From Trichoplax sp. H2 (Eukaryota): a DNA stretch of 59,223 bases. Each line of letters opens with the position of its first letter. The stretch's first letter is position 1. The stretch covers positions 1 to 59,223 of the forward strand of contig NOWV01000298.1 in NCBI GenBank assembly GCA_003344405.1. Reading direction: 5' to 3'. A program made the translations under genes and the position numbers. Below, one piece after another: positions 11,534 to 24,241 of this stretch. The notes below the pieces were generated by a model. That model ran no database searches. It saw only the letters and a list, made by a program, of their open reading frames with translations, and was not told where the DNA came from.

Positions 11534-14500
11534 TGGCTGATCTAAATTTCTATCAGATTTATCCAGTGTGATAATTATATAAAATTAACGATACTACGAT
11601 TGAAAAAGCAATTTCAATCATTGCTACATTTCTGTAAGCAGACGCTCACTTCGTTCTCGCTGAAACTAGCACCTGGTAAAGCACCTAGCGATATGTTAGA
11701 CATACTTATTGTATTACTGTTATCTATCCGTGCTGTTTCGAATTATATTTCATTTCGTGAAATTTATTTGCCTAACCTATCTGGGAATTGTATGGCTATG
11801 CTAGATAAGATAGACTTTCCAACGTTAATTTAGTATAAATAATTATTGCGTCAATCTTAGGTGCAGGCCACTTTGCTAGATTGTGAAATAAGTGGTATTT
11901 ATTAGTTTCTATTTGCCGAAAGTGATATCTACGTGTGCAATGTCTTGATTGTGCTTAATAATTAGTGGAGAATTATCAATCACAGCGATTTGTCATTTTA
12001 GTATTTGCATTGAAGATGTTGCTCTATGTATATTGCCGATCAAGCATTTCAATTACCGGAGCACGAAAAGATTCTACGACGTCAGGAATAAAATTCTGAA
12101 AGTCTTATTTACTTTGAATTGACTTAAAATTTGTATTTATTGTCTCCTTTTTAAATTCACTAATTACGTTGCTATGATAATATATTACGTTAAATTTGGT
12201 AACGATTCAACTGCTATCGACGAGAACTATATATTGCTTATATTATACAGATTCCAATTTTAATTTATTTTCTAGTACATTAAAACTACATTAATCTAAA
12301 TTTACCGTTATAAACATATTAGCTCCGTTAATATTTATTACTAGACTAAACGGATTATTTATCCCTATTTTTAAGATATGTCAGCATTACTATACTTGCC
12401 AATCTGAATTAATTATCATAGTTAAAAGTAACTAGAGCTAGTAAATCACATCAAGGCATTGACGCTTACAGGATACCGTAACTAGACTCAATAGTATAAG
12501 ATTCAGACATAGACAAAATAAATTTATAACGTGGATATATAAAATTAATATAATTATATACTCTTTATAATGGTTAATTGTATTGCTGTTCTAACTATTA
12601 CTACAATTTGTCGGGCTAATAACATCTAGATGTTTAGCTCATTGTAGTTCTCTTTTATAGATCTGCCGCGTTAAGTTTTAGTTACATACTTGTGATGTCG
12701 TTCAACTTTTAGGTTTCGCTAATAATTTAATACGTCTAATAATAATATTTTACTAAAGTTGTTAATTGCTTCAGCTTGTATTTCACACATATTAACATCT
12801 ATCAATGATAAATATTTTGTAATTCAATACGTTTCACAATAATTATGTCCCTTGTGTCTACATTTGTAACTTTAGACGGCCAATTTAATATTTCGGGCCT
12901 GTATTAACTATCTCAAAAACTGACTGTTATGGAGCTTAGTGTTTGCCTTATTTCCTTTCAGTGTTTATATGATTCTTTAAGTTAACAATAAAATTCACTT
13001 TTATATAGTTGTCAATTGTTATAGGCTTTTTATTTTTTGTAGACTTGTTTATACCAAAGAATATTAAGAAACTTGTAGGATAAGTTTTTGAATTTATTAA
13101 GCTATAAGTGTTGAAATAAGTCGAGTAAGCTTGAATTATAAAATTGATACTATCTACTATACGTTATATCATAATCAAATGTACTAATATGCCACGGTAT
13201 TATAATCTCAGGAGTATGCCATAATTGATAACGGAGTCTAGGAAAAAAGAATTGTGATAACTATTTTTAGCTAATACATGGTATATTGTATTAATCAATC
13301 TGGTACGCATCGTTTATCAGGCGTTGAACTATTCTAGAAGCATTTGAAGTAAAACATCTAACTGTTAACTCACTATTTTTTAATTTACTGTACTGTAACA
13401 TCTTAACAGAAATATTTTCTAGTATAGAAATGTATTAGCATTTCTTATTTTCAGTTAGGCAGTTCTACTTGTATGATTTTTAAGTCTTTTAAATTGTGAT
13501 TCATGACATACGAGGTATACGTCAGTTTGGCTAAAAAAGCTTTATTAATATCTTGCTAGTTCACTCTAGTTGAAGTTGTTGTTAGACACTTAACATAATA
13601 CAACGTGTCATTTTGGCGGATGATGTCAATTTTTGAAATTTAGCCTATGCCGTCTTGCACAAACTGAAAGATTACCGGGAAAGGATGAGTACACCATGAT
13701 TGCAATGGGGGGGGGTAATTATCACGAAGTTACTTTTGCTCACTGTTATAGCTGATCCCAATTTTCGTCAGATAGCGTATTTTGGTATTTATTGAGAATA
13801 TATGATTATCTATGACGTTATACATACTTTTACAGATAAATGTATGGTTTTATTAACACGTATTTGTCTATGAACTGTTAATTGTTGTTGACTGTATGTT
13901 GATTTACTATAAACTGGCTGATTTTTCGATAAGGTTTGAATTTAGTTTGTCGCTAGAGAGCCTAATGACATTACCGTTCTTGTTTGTTTAATAATGGAAG
14001 AATGTCAGTATTTCGAGCTGCACTGTAGTAGAGAGAGATGGCGAGGATAAACCTGACAGTAGATTGATAATAACGTTGTATTTCTAGTAGTTGTTTCCAT
14101 TTTTCTCGTTATAAATTTAGATTTGTAACAATGTTGATGATCTGTCCATTGATTAAGAAATGATTGCAATAAAAATGACTTTGAACCGGTGCACCAATCG
14201 GATTTATTTTATCCATAGTAATGCTTACTAATCATTAATATGATTGACACGGTTGCTGCACTAGCTCAACTGTAATAATTTGATTGGAATTCTACGACAT
14301 AACAGCTGTTTCTTTGGTGCGCTATTTTATTTTATTTACTGCTAAATTATTTTTAATTCGATGTAAGATGAATCCATAAGTAAATAAATGAACCATTTCA
14401 CTGATATTGGTGTAACAAAAGTTTCACATCTGACGGCCGGGCTCCTAAATTAGTCATGGACTACTAGATCTATCAACGATGGCACACAGATACTGACAGA

Positions 14501-15304
14501 GTTGCAGTCGTTGTCTTACAGGTACAGTACTGAAATCTCTAGTCCTATCAGCATCGTTCCAAGTGTACAGTACATACAGGCGATAATTAATTCTTAATTC
14601 TTATTACGTGACAGAGATAATTCTATTCATCTATACTGTACAGTATAATTAATTCATTTATTTATTTTATTTATTTATTCCAAATTATCGTGGTGATCTG
14701 AAGGAAAAAAGTTGACATTAAGGCTAATCAAAATCAGTATCCGGAAAATACGTTATAAAACATATATCAAGCATAGAGGTATCGAGCCAATCGAACTCCT
14801 TCAATGACACTGATATATGACCGAAAACGAATAAGTCTGTCGCTACGCTTAAGGCAAGGACTACAGTTTGAAATCATCATGGTCTGGTGTCTACATAACT
14901 GGATATATCAACACTGACAGTACCGTGAGGATACTTGGTGCATTCCTATTTCATAGCATACCAGTCTTGATCTACTGTATGTCACTATCATTGGATATGG
15001 ATCTGCAAGGTCAAATTTCTCTGATGACCTATTTCTATCCTAGTAACACTTGCTCGCGTGTATTGGCGATTCTCCAAGAAATATCCTTCTATCCTCATGA
15101 ATCTACTGGCGTCTTTACGACCTCAACTACCATAATATAGCATTATAATGGACAGTACAACGTCTGCAGCACTGCCTTTTCCTTGATCGTAAACTCAGTG
15201 ATTGATGGATTCAGACTCGTCTTGAAACTCTGAAAAGTAGCAGAAATTTCATTTCGGTTATTTTACACGAGAACCACATACACAGAGGCCAGTAATACCA
15301 GAAC

Positions 15305-15525
15305 TAGTCTACAGTATGCTGTACTGTAATTTACAGTACGGTATGTACATGGTACAGTACAGTACACTGCACTGTAAATCACATGACAGATACTAGAATG
15401 TACAGTATGGCGGATTACTGTACAGTACTGTAGTGTACAGTACTTTAGAACCGGTAATTTACAGTACTGGAGACTGCTATACTGTACTGTACACTGTACA
15501 CTGTACACTCAGGGTACAGTACAGT
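15305..15525. promoter_or_regulatory. TACAGTA/TACTGTA-rich cluster upstream of ABHD13
   Basis: Dense degenerate TACAGTAC/GTACTGTA units ending about 450 bp before the ABHD13 ATG. A smaller cluster lies at about 14520-14645. The promoter role is inferred from position only. Confidence 0.5.
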
Positions 15526-15974
15526 GTGATTAGTCCGACCCAACGATACCACGGTAATCAATTTTCTACTCTTGCAATTCCTTAGGATTGAATTTATGAA
15601 CTTAATATGCGGTGTGAAGAATCACTTGGGTACCACCATTCTACTACGCAGTAGACTGTTCCGCCACTGCAGAACACACTCGCAAATTGAGCATCCAGCA
15701 AAAAATAATAAGGAGGATTTTTGTTTTTGCTTTTATTTATATTATTTTAAGGATAACTTCCTTTTATGAGGATGTTACAGCGTTGTCGTTGATCTTGTGA
15801 TGAAGGTATAGGGGGAAAAGATGGAATTGCATTGGAGAGATTTTACCTTGATGGAACACTTTTGAATTTTCTGGCCAACAAATTGCAAGATCATCTTGGA
15901 AGAACCAGGATGATCAACTATTCGACATAACTAATCGAAATTTTACACAACTCTGGATTTGCCATTTGAAAGAA

Positions 15975-17649
15975 ATGAGACGCCACGGATTTGTTTTCAT
16001 CGATCGTATCATCCATTTTGCAACTAATTTTATACACAGTATATGGCGTAGTAGTAGTGCAGCATTGTTGCTGCTTCTGTTGGCTTATTGGTTTTATGGT
16101 GACTTTACAATATTTCTCCTCCTTTGCTTAGCTATACTGGGTACATTATATCAATATCAGGATTCGTTACTTTATTACCCTGATCAACCTTCATCATCGC
16201 GTATGTTTGTCCAGCAGCCTTATACAATTGGGTTACCATCTGAAAATTTATATCTCAGGACTGCTGATGGTGTTCGTATTAATGCAGTTTTCATTAAACA
16301 ACCGCCGGTACGGTTGCCTTTTGCGCCGACCATTATGTTTATCCATGGCAACGCTGGCAATATTGGCCATCGATTGCCATTTGCTAGGGAATTATATCAT
16401 CATTGTGGAGTCAATGTCATGCTGTTAGAATATCGAGGTTATGGTAAAAGTGATGGAGTACCAAGTGAAAATGGTAAGTTGGCACTGAGTCGACAGCCTA
16501 CAGCATCATACCAGCAACCAGATTCTATGTAGATTAAGAATGTGTACTCGTATGTAATAGGATTGATGACTAGTAGTTTACTTTAGATACATTACTCGGC
16601 TAATAGTCATGTAGCCCGAAAAAGATGAATTATTAGTTACTCAAAATGACAACTAAAATGCACATTATGGTGCTTTATGTATTGCTTTATTGAAATTGGC
16701 GATATTTTACTTTGACACTTAGGCCTAAAGTTAGATGCTCGAGCAGGACTTGAATATCTTCGCGACAGAACTGATATTGACGCTAGCATGATTATAGTCT
16801 TTGGAAGATCACTTGGTGGTGCTGTGGGTATTGATTTAGCTTGTCAGCAATTGTATACGGATGCTATACGTGGATTAATAGTAGAGAATAGTTTCACAAG
16901 TATCCCTGCAATGGGTGAAGTATTATTTAGTGCATTACGTTTGCTCCCCATGTTTTGCTTCCGAAATAAGGTATTTAGTATAATGCATTACAACACTATT
17001 TCCACTATTAAATGGATAATAGGCAATACGTATAATGTTAGAATAGATTGTATTAATTTTATCTTTACTTCCATGTGGACACTAGTTCAATTCCAAGAGT
17101 ATCGTAAAAAGTGTACGTGTGCCTACGTTATTCTTGTCTGGTTTATCTGACGAATTAGTGCCACCACGGATGATGACAGAACTTTGCAACGTAAGTCATG
17201 CAACGTTTACTAGCTATTGTAACGTGCATTTCTTGTACCCTTAAGTGTCTCTATCATTTGTGATTACCTTTTGTCATAAAGTAGTCTTTGTTGTGATTGT
17301 GGTATTATTCAATCTGTCGCAGAAATCCGGTGCAATCTTTAAAAGGATTGTAAGATTCGAGAATGGTTCGCATAATGGCACTTGGCTTTGTCCTGATTAT
17401 TACAAGTGTATCAGTTTCTTTATAGCTCAGGTGATTACAACATGGATGTATTATATCGTGATTAATCTTGCTTCTTCACTATTTCATTATTATTTTGGAT
17501 ATGAACCTTTCCGTGTGAGATTTTAATCCACTGTGTCGCCTTAGCTATTACAGATGAAATCCACTCGACCTAACCGAAAAAGTGGTTTTACAAAAAAGAG
17601 AAGCAATAATGTTATCGATATGGAAAAAGTAATGATCAATGATGTGTAG
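15975..17649 (+). CDS. ABHD13: Alpha/beta hydrolase domain-containing protein 13; exons 15975-16473, 16723-16970, 17086-17190, 17323-17430, 17545 (or 17554)-17649
   Basis: N-terminal TM followed by QDSLLYYP, HGNAGNIGHR and EYRGYGKS. Nucleophile elbow GRSLGG, catalytic Asp in SDELVPP and His in GSHNGTW. All introns are GT-AG and in frame. Confidence 0.92.
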
Positions 17650-19788
17650 ACATTTCCAGTGTGACGCTGCAGTGGCTACAGTTATTTGATTACACCTCTC
17701 GTCATAATATTGGCTTACGTGCCATTAATTATATCTTTGCTTTAGCTTTAGCAAACTGATAGATATCTGTTAGTAGAATATTGGATTAGTCCCTTAGAAT
17801 CGAGTCAGTGGCAGAGGTATCACTATCGACTGGTAGCTACAGCGCAACCTTTTCATGAACGATATTATTCTGCATCAATAATTCAAGATACTGTACTATA
17901 TGGTAACTAAAAACTCAATGTTGATCATAGGAGTTCAATGCTGATACTGGAACTGCAGGTGAATTGTAAGCGTAAGTAGTTGTTTCGATTATTTATTGCG
18001 GGTAGTACATAATAGAATGTATCACTTTGCACTCCCTTTCTGTAATGTAATTGCAAGTAACGCTAACTGCACACTTGCTAATAATCTTTGCATTTAGGTC
18101 TAGTAGGATGTTATATATTATAATTTAAGATATGGTGTATATTGCCGACATTCGCACAGAAACTGTTACTGATTTATTCAATTATGTTTTTAAGATTTTC
18201 GTTACTATAATAAAATGCTATGAACTTGATGTATCGTTTTTGTTGTGGGTATTATGTTTTAGTTGATAAAGGAGCTACTGGTTCTTATAACATGATTGCA
18301 AAACAACTAACATCTTGAAATCTTCAGTTAAATCATCACAGAAATTTGGATTTTGCTCTCGAATTAGGATATACATCCATACATAGTATAGATCATTGAC
18401 CTTAAACAGACCTATGTACTGTACAATGTTATAGAAAATGCCACACGATGTCTAGGCTGCAGCTGTGATACATCATCGAATGTCTTTCCTGAAAATGAAT
18501 GACAGCTGTAAAATAACCATTGCAAAGTCACAGTTTCATCACATGATGATTCGAATTTAATTCGTACGGTACCCCATGCCTGCTTGGGAATACAAGGAGA
18601 TATCTTAGGAGTTACGGTCCTTCATAACATAGAAAATTGTATTTAAATCCTGAGTTCATCACTGTTTGTTCGCATTATCTACTCAATCTATAACTTTATC
18701 ACATATTACAGGAGTTGAATTCTAAAGCTTTAGTGGCACCATAGTACAATTTAAGCCTTCCAGTTGCGAAAATGATATACTACTGCACAACATTAGTCGA
18801 AGAATAAAGAAAGTCAATAATCTAATTTATATCATACTCAACACTTATTAGAATTATAAGTTAAAAGCTGACAACATGCATTGCAAGAATTATTCAAATT
18901 TCATTAGCTTGTTGTCATCGCTCATTCAGTACTAAGTTTATAAAAATATTGCAATTTCTTGTGTTAGAGAAGTTACTCTATCTTCTCGATTGATTTCTAA
19001 ATTTATTAGCTAGGTTATCATGATTCATCTGGTCTGAGATCGCCACATATTGTGCAATCGCATGCTGATTTCGATTATTAAAATATTGCCTCTATAGTAG
19101 TCCGTAGTTAATGTATATATGCAATGTTATTAATCAAAGCTGATATTTATTGCAAAGTCAACATAAAATAACCTTTAATTTAACATTTGTGGACATCTTC
19201 AGTCAACATTCAAATTCTTAAATTAAGAAATATTTTCATTTATAAAAATACGAGCTTTGCTTCAAAGAAAAAGAAATTGAAAGACGATTATTAGCATAGC
19301 ATTGCTACAATTGCTTGTCAGCTATCTACTAACTTTAAAGGTGATCAGACGAAATTCTGACGGATAAATGCTTTTCATAATATTAATAGCTTTGGTATAT
19401 GCTAAGTCTAAGATAGCAAGAAGATGATAACTTGAGTCAGATTAAAAATTTCGGCTATTTATAGCAATTAATGACTGCTAATTGTGTGGAGCAATTGCAA
19501 CTCTCATTCATAGCGGTAATGGATTAAATAATATTCATAGTGTAAACTGACTTGGTTTATTTCATCTCAACTATATATATTTAAGAAGCACTGAATATTT
19601 TGTCAAAAATATTACAATTAAAAAAAAGTGATTCGTTACGATTAGTGACATAACATATCATATATTTAGTAGCTGTAAATAAATTAATTTAATCAAGAAT
19701 GTTATAGCTCATTCCTTTTATTTATTATAGATATAGTATATCTTCTAAAGTCATAGATATACTTTATTGCTGTAGAATGTTAGCTGTA

Positions 19789-22700
19789 TTAATACGGTGG
19801 TGGTTGAGTTTGAGGAATATTCGGTAGCTGTATGTTTTGGCTCCCAACAGTTGTCGTTTTAAATGCTGAATTTGGATGAAAAACATTCGAGTTATGATTT
19901 TGCATTGTAACACTTGAAGCATAACTTGGAGGAGGTTCATTTGAGTAACTAGGTGGTATAGCTGTCGCTTGTTGATTCGTTTGCTGAAGTAGCTCTAGCA
20001 TTGATTGTTGGGTTGAGATTGCTTGAATATTATTTCGTGTGGCCTGTTAAAGAAAAAGGTGTTATTATTAAACTTCATAAAATTAAAATATTGCAAGGCG
20101 GGGTTAGGTGTTACCATAATTACGATAGGAAGCAATTATAGGATGTAAAGCTTACATTTACAGCAGTTATGCTTTGTATGGTTTCACTGTATATCTTGCA
20201 CAGTCTACCTGTCAGCAGTAAATTGAAAATTGCAAAAGCTATAGCTGCGGCCGAATATGGTACTGAGGCTGGATGTGCATATGTAGAAAGAGCAACTATG
20301 AACAGGATAATCATGAGTCCACTAAACATAACCGCTAAGATCGTCGTCGTGAGAAATAATTTTAACTGAAATGAGTAAAACATATATTAAATCAAAAAAT
20401 GATCAATGAGGGAAAACCTTTTAATACATATATCGGTACGCCTAAGGTCGTGTCTTTACGTATGGCTATCATATATCCATTAAAATTAAGACCAAATAAT
20501 TTAAAATATAGTGCATTTCTATTTTTTGTCTGTAAAAATATTACTGTGACGATGTTTACTGATTTCAGGACAGTGCGTCTGATGGTATCATTTATGGTTA
20601 ATATAATTTTTAAACATTTGATGATATATCAATATTTTACATTTACAAACAGCAATTCGATAACCATTGATAACAAACTATAATTTACGTGATTGTAATC
20701 TTTGTGCTTATCTAATTGTGATATTTCTATAAAATGTGTACGAAAAGAACTGGTCTTTTGTCAGCAATATCATATATATCCATAAATTTTATCTCAGTAT
20801 ATTCAATTAAATAGTAAATAGACTCGTATCACTATAACTAGGAGCTACTAAATAAGTAAGAAAGAAACGGGACTGCCACGGCCGTCAGTGCAAAATAATG
20901 AGGAGGCTTATCATTTTCCCGGTCACGGTAAGAATGTAACCGTATACCATACTGTAAAAACCAACCTAGCAGCCAATTTGGATATCAATTGTAGATAGTA
21001 TAGTGCGCCGTTACAGATATCTGATTCAATTGAAATGGTCAGTAAAACAACCAGCCTCCTCATTATTGATTGATATAGTCAACAACCGTTGATAGTCTCG
21101 TTTCTTTCTTCTTTTAGTAGTTCCTGCTATAACTGGCAGCATAACTATAAGTGCCATGGGTCTATGACATATGGTGCTTTAGATGAAATTAGTAGCAATA
21201 ACTTTAAATTTCTGATTGTTAGTATAACTATACCGATAGTTTTAATTAATACATTATATCAATCTCTTAATATTATCCTAATGGCAACTAGCAATGCAGG
21301 GAAGTAAAGAACTTTTAGTCAAATTACAATGCACCAAACTTGGCTCGCATTAATTGATTGTGGAGTAAGCTGTAGATTCAATATTGAGTTATAATCGGCT
21401 AATTAGTCATCGATAGAATAACAATTTTGATAGCTTACAAATTAAATAAATATCTGTCTAACATATAAGTTCAATAGGTACTATAATGGCAAAAGCGAAG
21501 GATAACAAAGAGCAACTATAATGACCAACAAGAGCGTAATCAAAAACGGTAGCTGCGAACCCTGATATTCTATAAATAAAATCGTCAAGTTTTAATAAAT
21601 TATACTTACTAAAACATCATTTCTGGAATAAGACTTAATTAAAATGCCTAAACCGCCGGCTGCAATGACCTACATATATATGATTTATGCAAAGAAATAT
21701 GTAATTTAGTTTGGAAAGATGAATTTTTAAACGTATACGTTGACGCAAGTATTTCGTTATAATATTGATGCAATAGCCTGCAAGCCAGGCGATAACCATA
21801 AGTATAAAATTAAGATAACTGATAAGCAGATCTAAAGGTAGCTAATTAGAATTCAGCATCTAAATGTTTACTACTTGAAGATAAATAAATTTACAATAAT
21901 TATATACGCATACATAAACATACAAATTCATGCTGTATTTATAGTATACATAAACTATAAATGGTAATATGTATAATTATTAGTGTTTCTGAAGTAACTC
22001 TAATCTGATAATAAATCTTGGCCTAGTTTTCTAATTATTAAATTATTATTTATTGAAGTGACTAATAAGTTATAAGATGTATTATAAAATGAGAGTTTCA
22101 ATAAATTAAAACTATTGATAATGTAAGTTAGCCTAGGATAGTATAAACTAATGATTAATAATGTAAATTTTTGTCGCAATTGAATCTTAGATGCCAATAT
22201 TTGTGTTTCTTGCAGTAAAAATCATTGCGGTAGCAATTCTTTCCATGCTTTTATATTTTAATGTTTTTGCAGGTGTGACTTGAAAGATTTTAAAGTGTAT
22301 ATGATATTACTACCACTTGAATAGGACATAGTATGCAACTGTGATCATCAAAGTTGAAAAAGGCGTATTCACGAGTAGCATGCGTATAACAGGTATACAG
22401 CGGGTTGAGAGGTTTCAATTTCGAATAATATAGTCATCATGAATTACTAGCATCTTCATTTAATTTTATGAAAAGAAACCATATTCGAAAACAAATTCGT
22501 TCCATGCCATTTTTTTAATTACGGTAATACTCATAGTATGGGGAGAAACCGTATAGCAAGTGTGGAATAACAACCATCTCTAAAACTTCAAACTAATTCT
22601 TAAAGTTTAAACCAAAAACTGATTTTTATCGTGATGACATCTTGAAATTCAATAGAGTTATGGTCAAAAAATAAAGATTAATCACCTTTATAACGCTATT

Positions 22701-23633
22701 TCGCTATTTGTCGACCATCAGTATCGAGCAAATTATAGTGACTAACTCAAATGATCATCTTGCATCCCGTAGCTAATGAAATAATGCAGCTTTATTCTGA
22801 ACCATACGAGTATTAATTACATCTATACAGATGTAATTATTTCAGTAGCTCCAAATAAAATTCTCTCGTAATAATTAAAGATAAAAATTTTATGAGTATA
22901 TTTATCAAATTGATTCGAAGCAAAGCAAAATTATTCGTAGTTTTTCTATCTATATGATATTGAGAAAGGTATGAATTAATAGTTCATTTCTCTTTAATTT
23001 CCGAAAAGGATAGTATAGTCATTGATGAAGCATTAATTCTAATAGACTATAAATAAACATTTTGAATTTGATAATTATACTAAAATTAGAGACTTCAGTT
23101 ATCTAAAAAATTTAATTTTAAGACAAGTTTATGGTAGAATTTACAATTGATATTTTATTCCATATACGCGTACAAGAGGTTGAGGACAGTACAACAAGGG
23201 TAAATATGGTGGCTATGATTAATAATTACGTTGTCCTTCAGCTCTAGTACGGAATATATTATTTTATAGTAATATTATGAATTGATATTAATTTTGCCTT
23301 AATACTGTAATAAGGCAATGATGTACTCAAAATGGAACTTACTATGTAACAGTAAATCTCGTCCTGGACAACAATAAGCAGTCATAACCTATACTTGTGT
23401 TTTAATTATACCATACTGAAAATACTCTGATTACTTACAAAGATTGAGGTCCATATTCCGGTTCCAGCACTTGCAGCAAAATTACCGTAATTTACGGCTG
23501 CCCCGATAATTCCTGTAATAAATGTCGCTATGCCAGTTAAGATACATCCAACACAGATGTAATAAAATCGAACGATTTTAATACTAGCGGATGAAATTGG
23601 GTTATCAGGAGTAATGATTGTTGCTGCTGGCAT
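19789..23633 (-). CDS. MS4A/CD20-like four-pass membrane protein, ~239 aa; exons 23439-23633, 21610-21669, 20156-20365, 19789-20043
   Basis: All three introns are phase-0 GT-AG. TM1, then GTGIWTSIF|VIAAGGLGI (the MS4A-type G-x-W-x-x-I/F TM2 motif), two more TMs, and a cytoplasmic tail with PPSY, PPSY and terminal PPPY. Confidence 0.75.
20841..21124. mobile_element. MITE-like foldback element in intron 2 of the MS4A-like gene
   Basis: Imperfect inverted arms at 20841-20908 and 21053-21124, sharing GGA.CTACTAAA, AAGAAAGAAACG.GACT and AATAATGAGGAGGCT, around a ~145-bp spacer. Confidence 0.6.
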
Positions 23634-24201
23634 TATGGCTAATTTTAATGACTAATTTTAATGAATGCGTTTCAGTAAAATTGCTAACATTAAGGGTTTA
23701 ATCGATCTATTTGTATTGATCTTTTCTGAAAGTAATAAAATTTGTTCGTGATTAATAGCTAGGAAATGTTTTAAGTTTTGTTTTAACGTTATACTGTAAA
23801 TAATAATTAATGATAGTGTTTGGAAGATATTAATACTATTATTGTAAGTTCAATCACACTTATAATTGACTTTAATTAGAGAACTTAATCCTAAGTTTAC
23901 AGCATTATTTCGGACAAACATACATAGGGATATATTTATCAACGTAGTACAGTAATTTGAGATTGACAATATAATAAGAGAAAAGTATGATTACTGTTTG
24001 ATTAAAATGGTTTGTAGGCTTTTAATTACCTAATACGCTATCGTATCTTATCAGTAAAGTTTGTCAGTTAAGGTCTGAGATTGACAATAAGTTTTAATTA
24101 TTCTCTATATCCTGAACGGGAGGCTAGGCGTGATGGTATTACATCATAGAATATACAGCAAGATTATTGTTAGGAAGATACAGTTCATGGAAGTAGAAAT
24201 G

Positions 24202-24241
24202 GTAGCCATGACAACTGACGTCACCATGATGACGTCAGTTG
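24202..24241. promoter_or_regulatory. X-box-like site abutting two perfect CRE sites
   Basis: GTAGCCATGACAAC (24202-24215) resembles the RFX X-box. TGACGTCA occurs at 24216-24223 and 24230-24237. The module is ~570-610 bp upstream of the MS4A-like ATG. Confidence 0.4.

Noticed and set aside
14700..15250. Divergent gene or pseudogene upstream of ABHD13 (slightly higher GC; ORF 14868-15140)
   Set aside because: All minus-strand frames are interrupted and no recognisable motif was found in any frame.
15263..15508. 81-aa Y/C/T/V-rich ORF (and the similar ORF at 44103-44408)
   Set aside because: These are translation artefacts of the TACAGTA low-complexity clusters.
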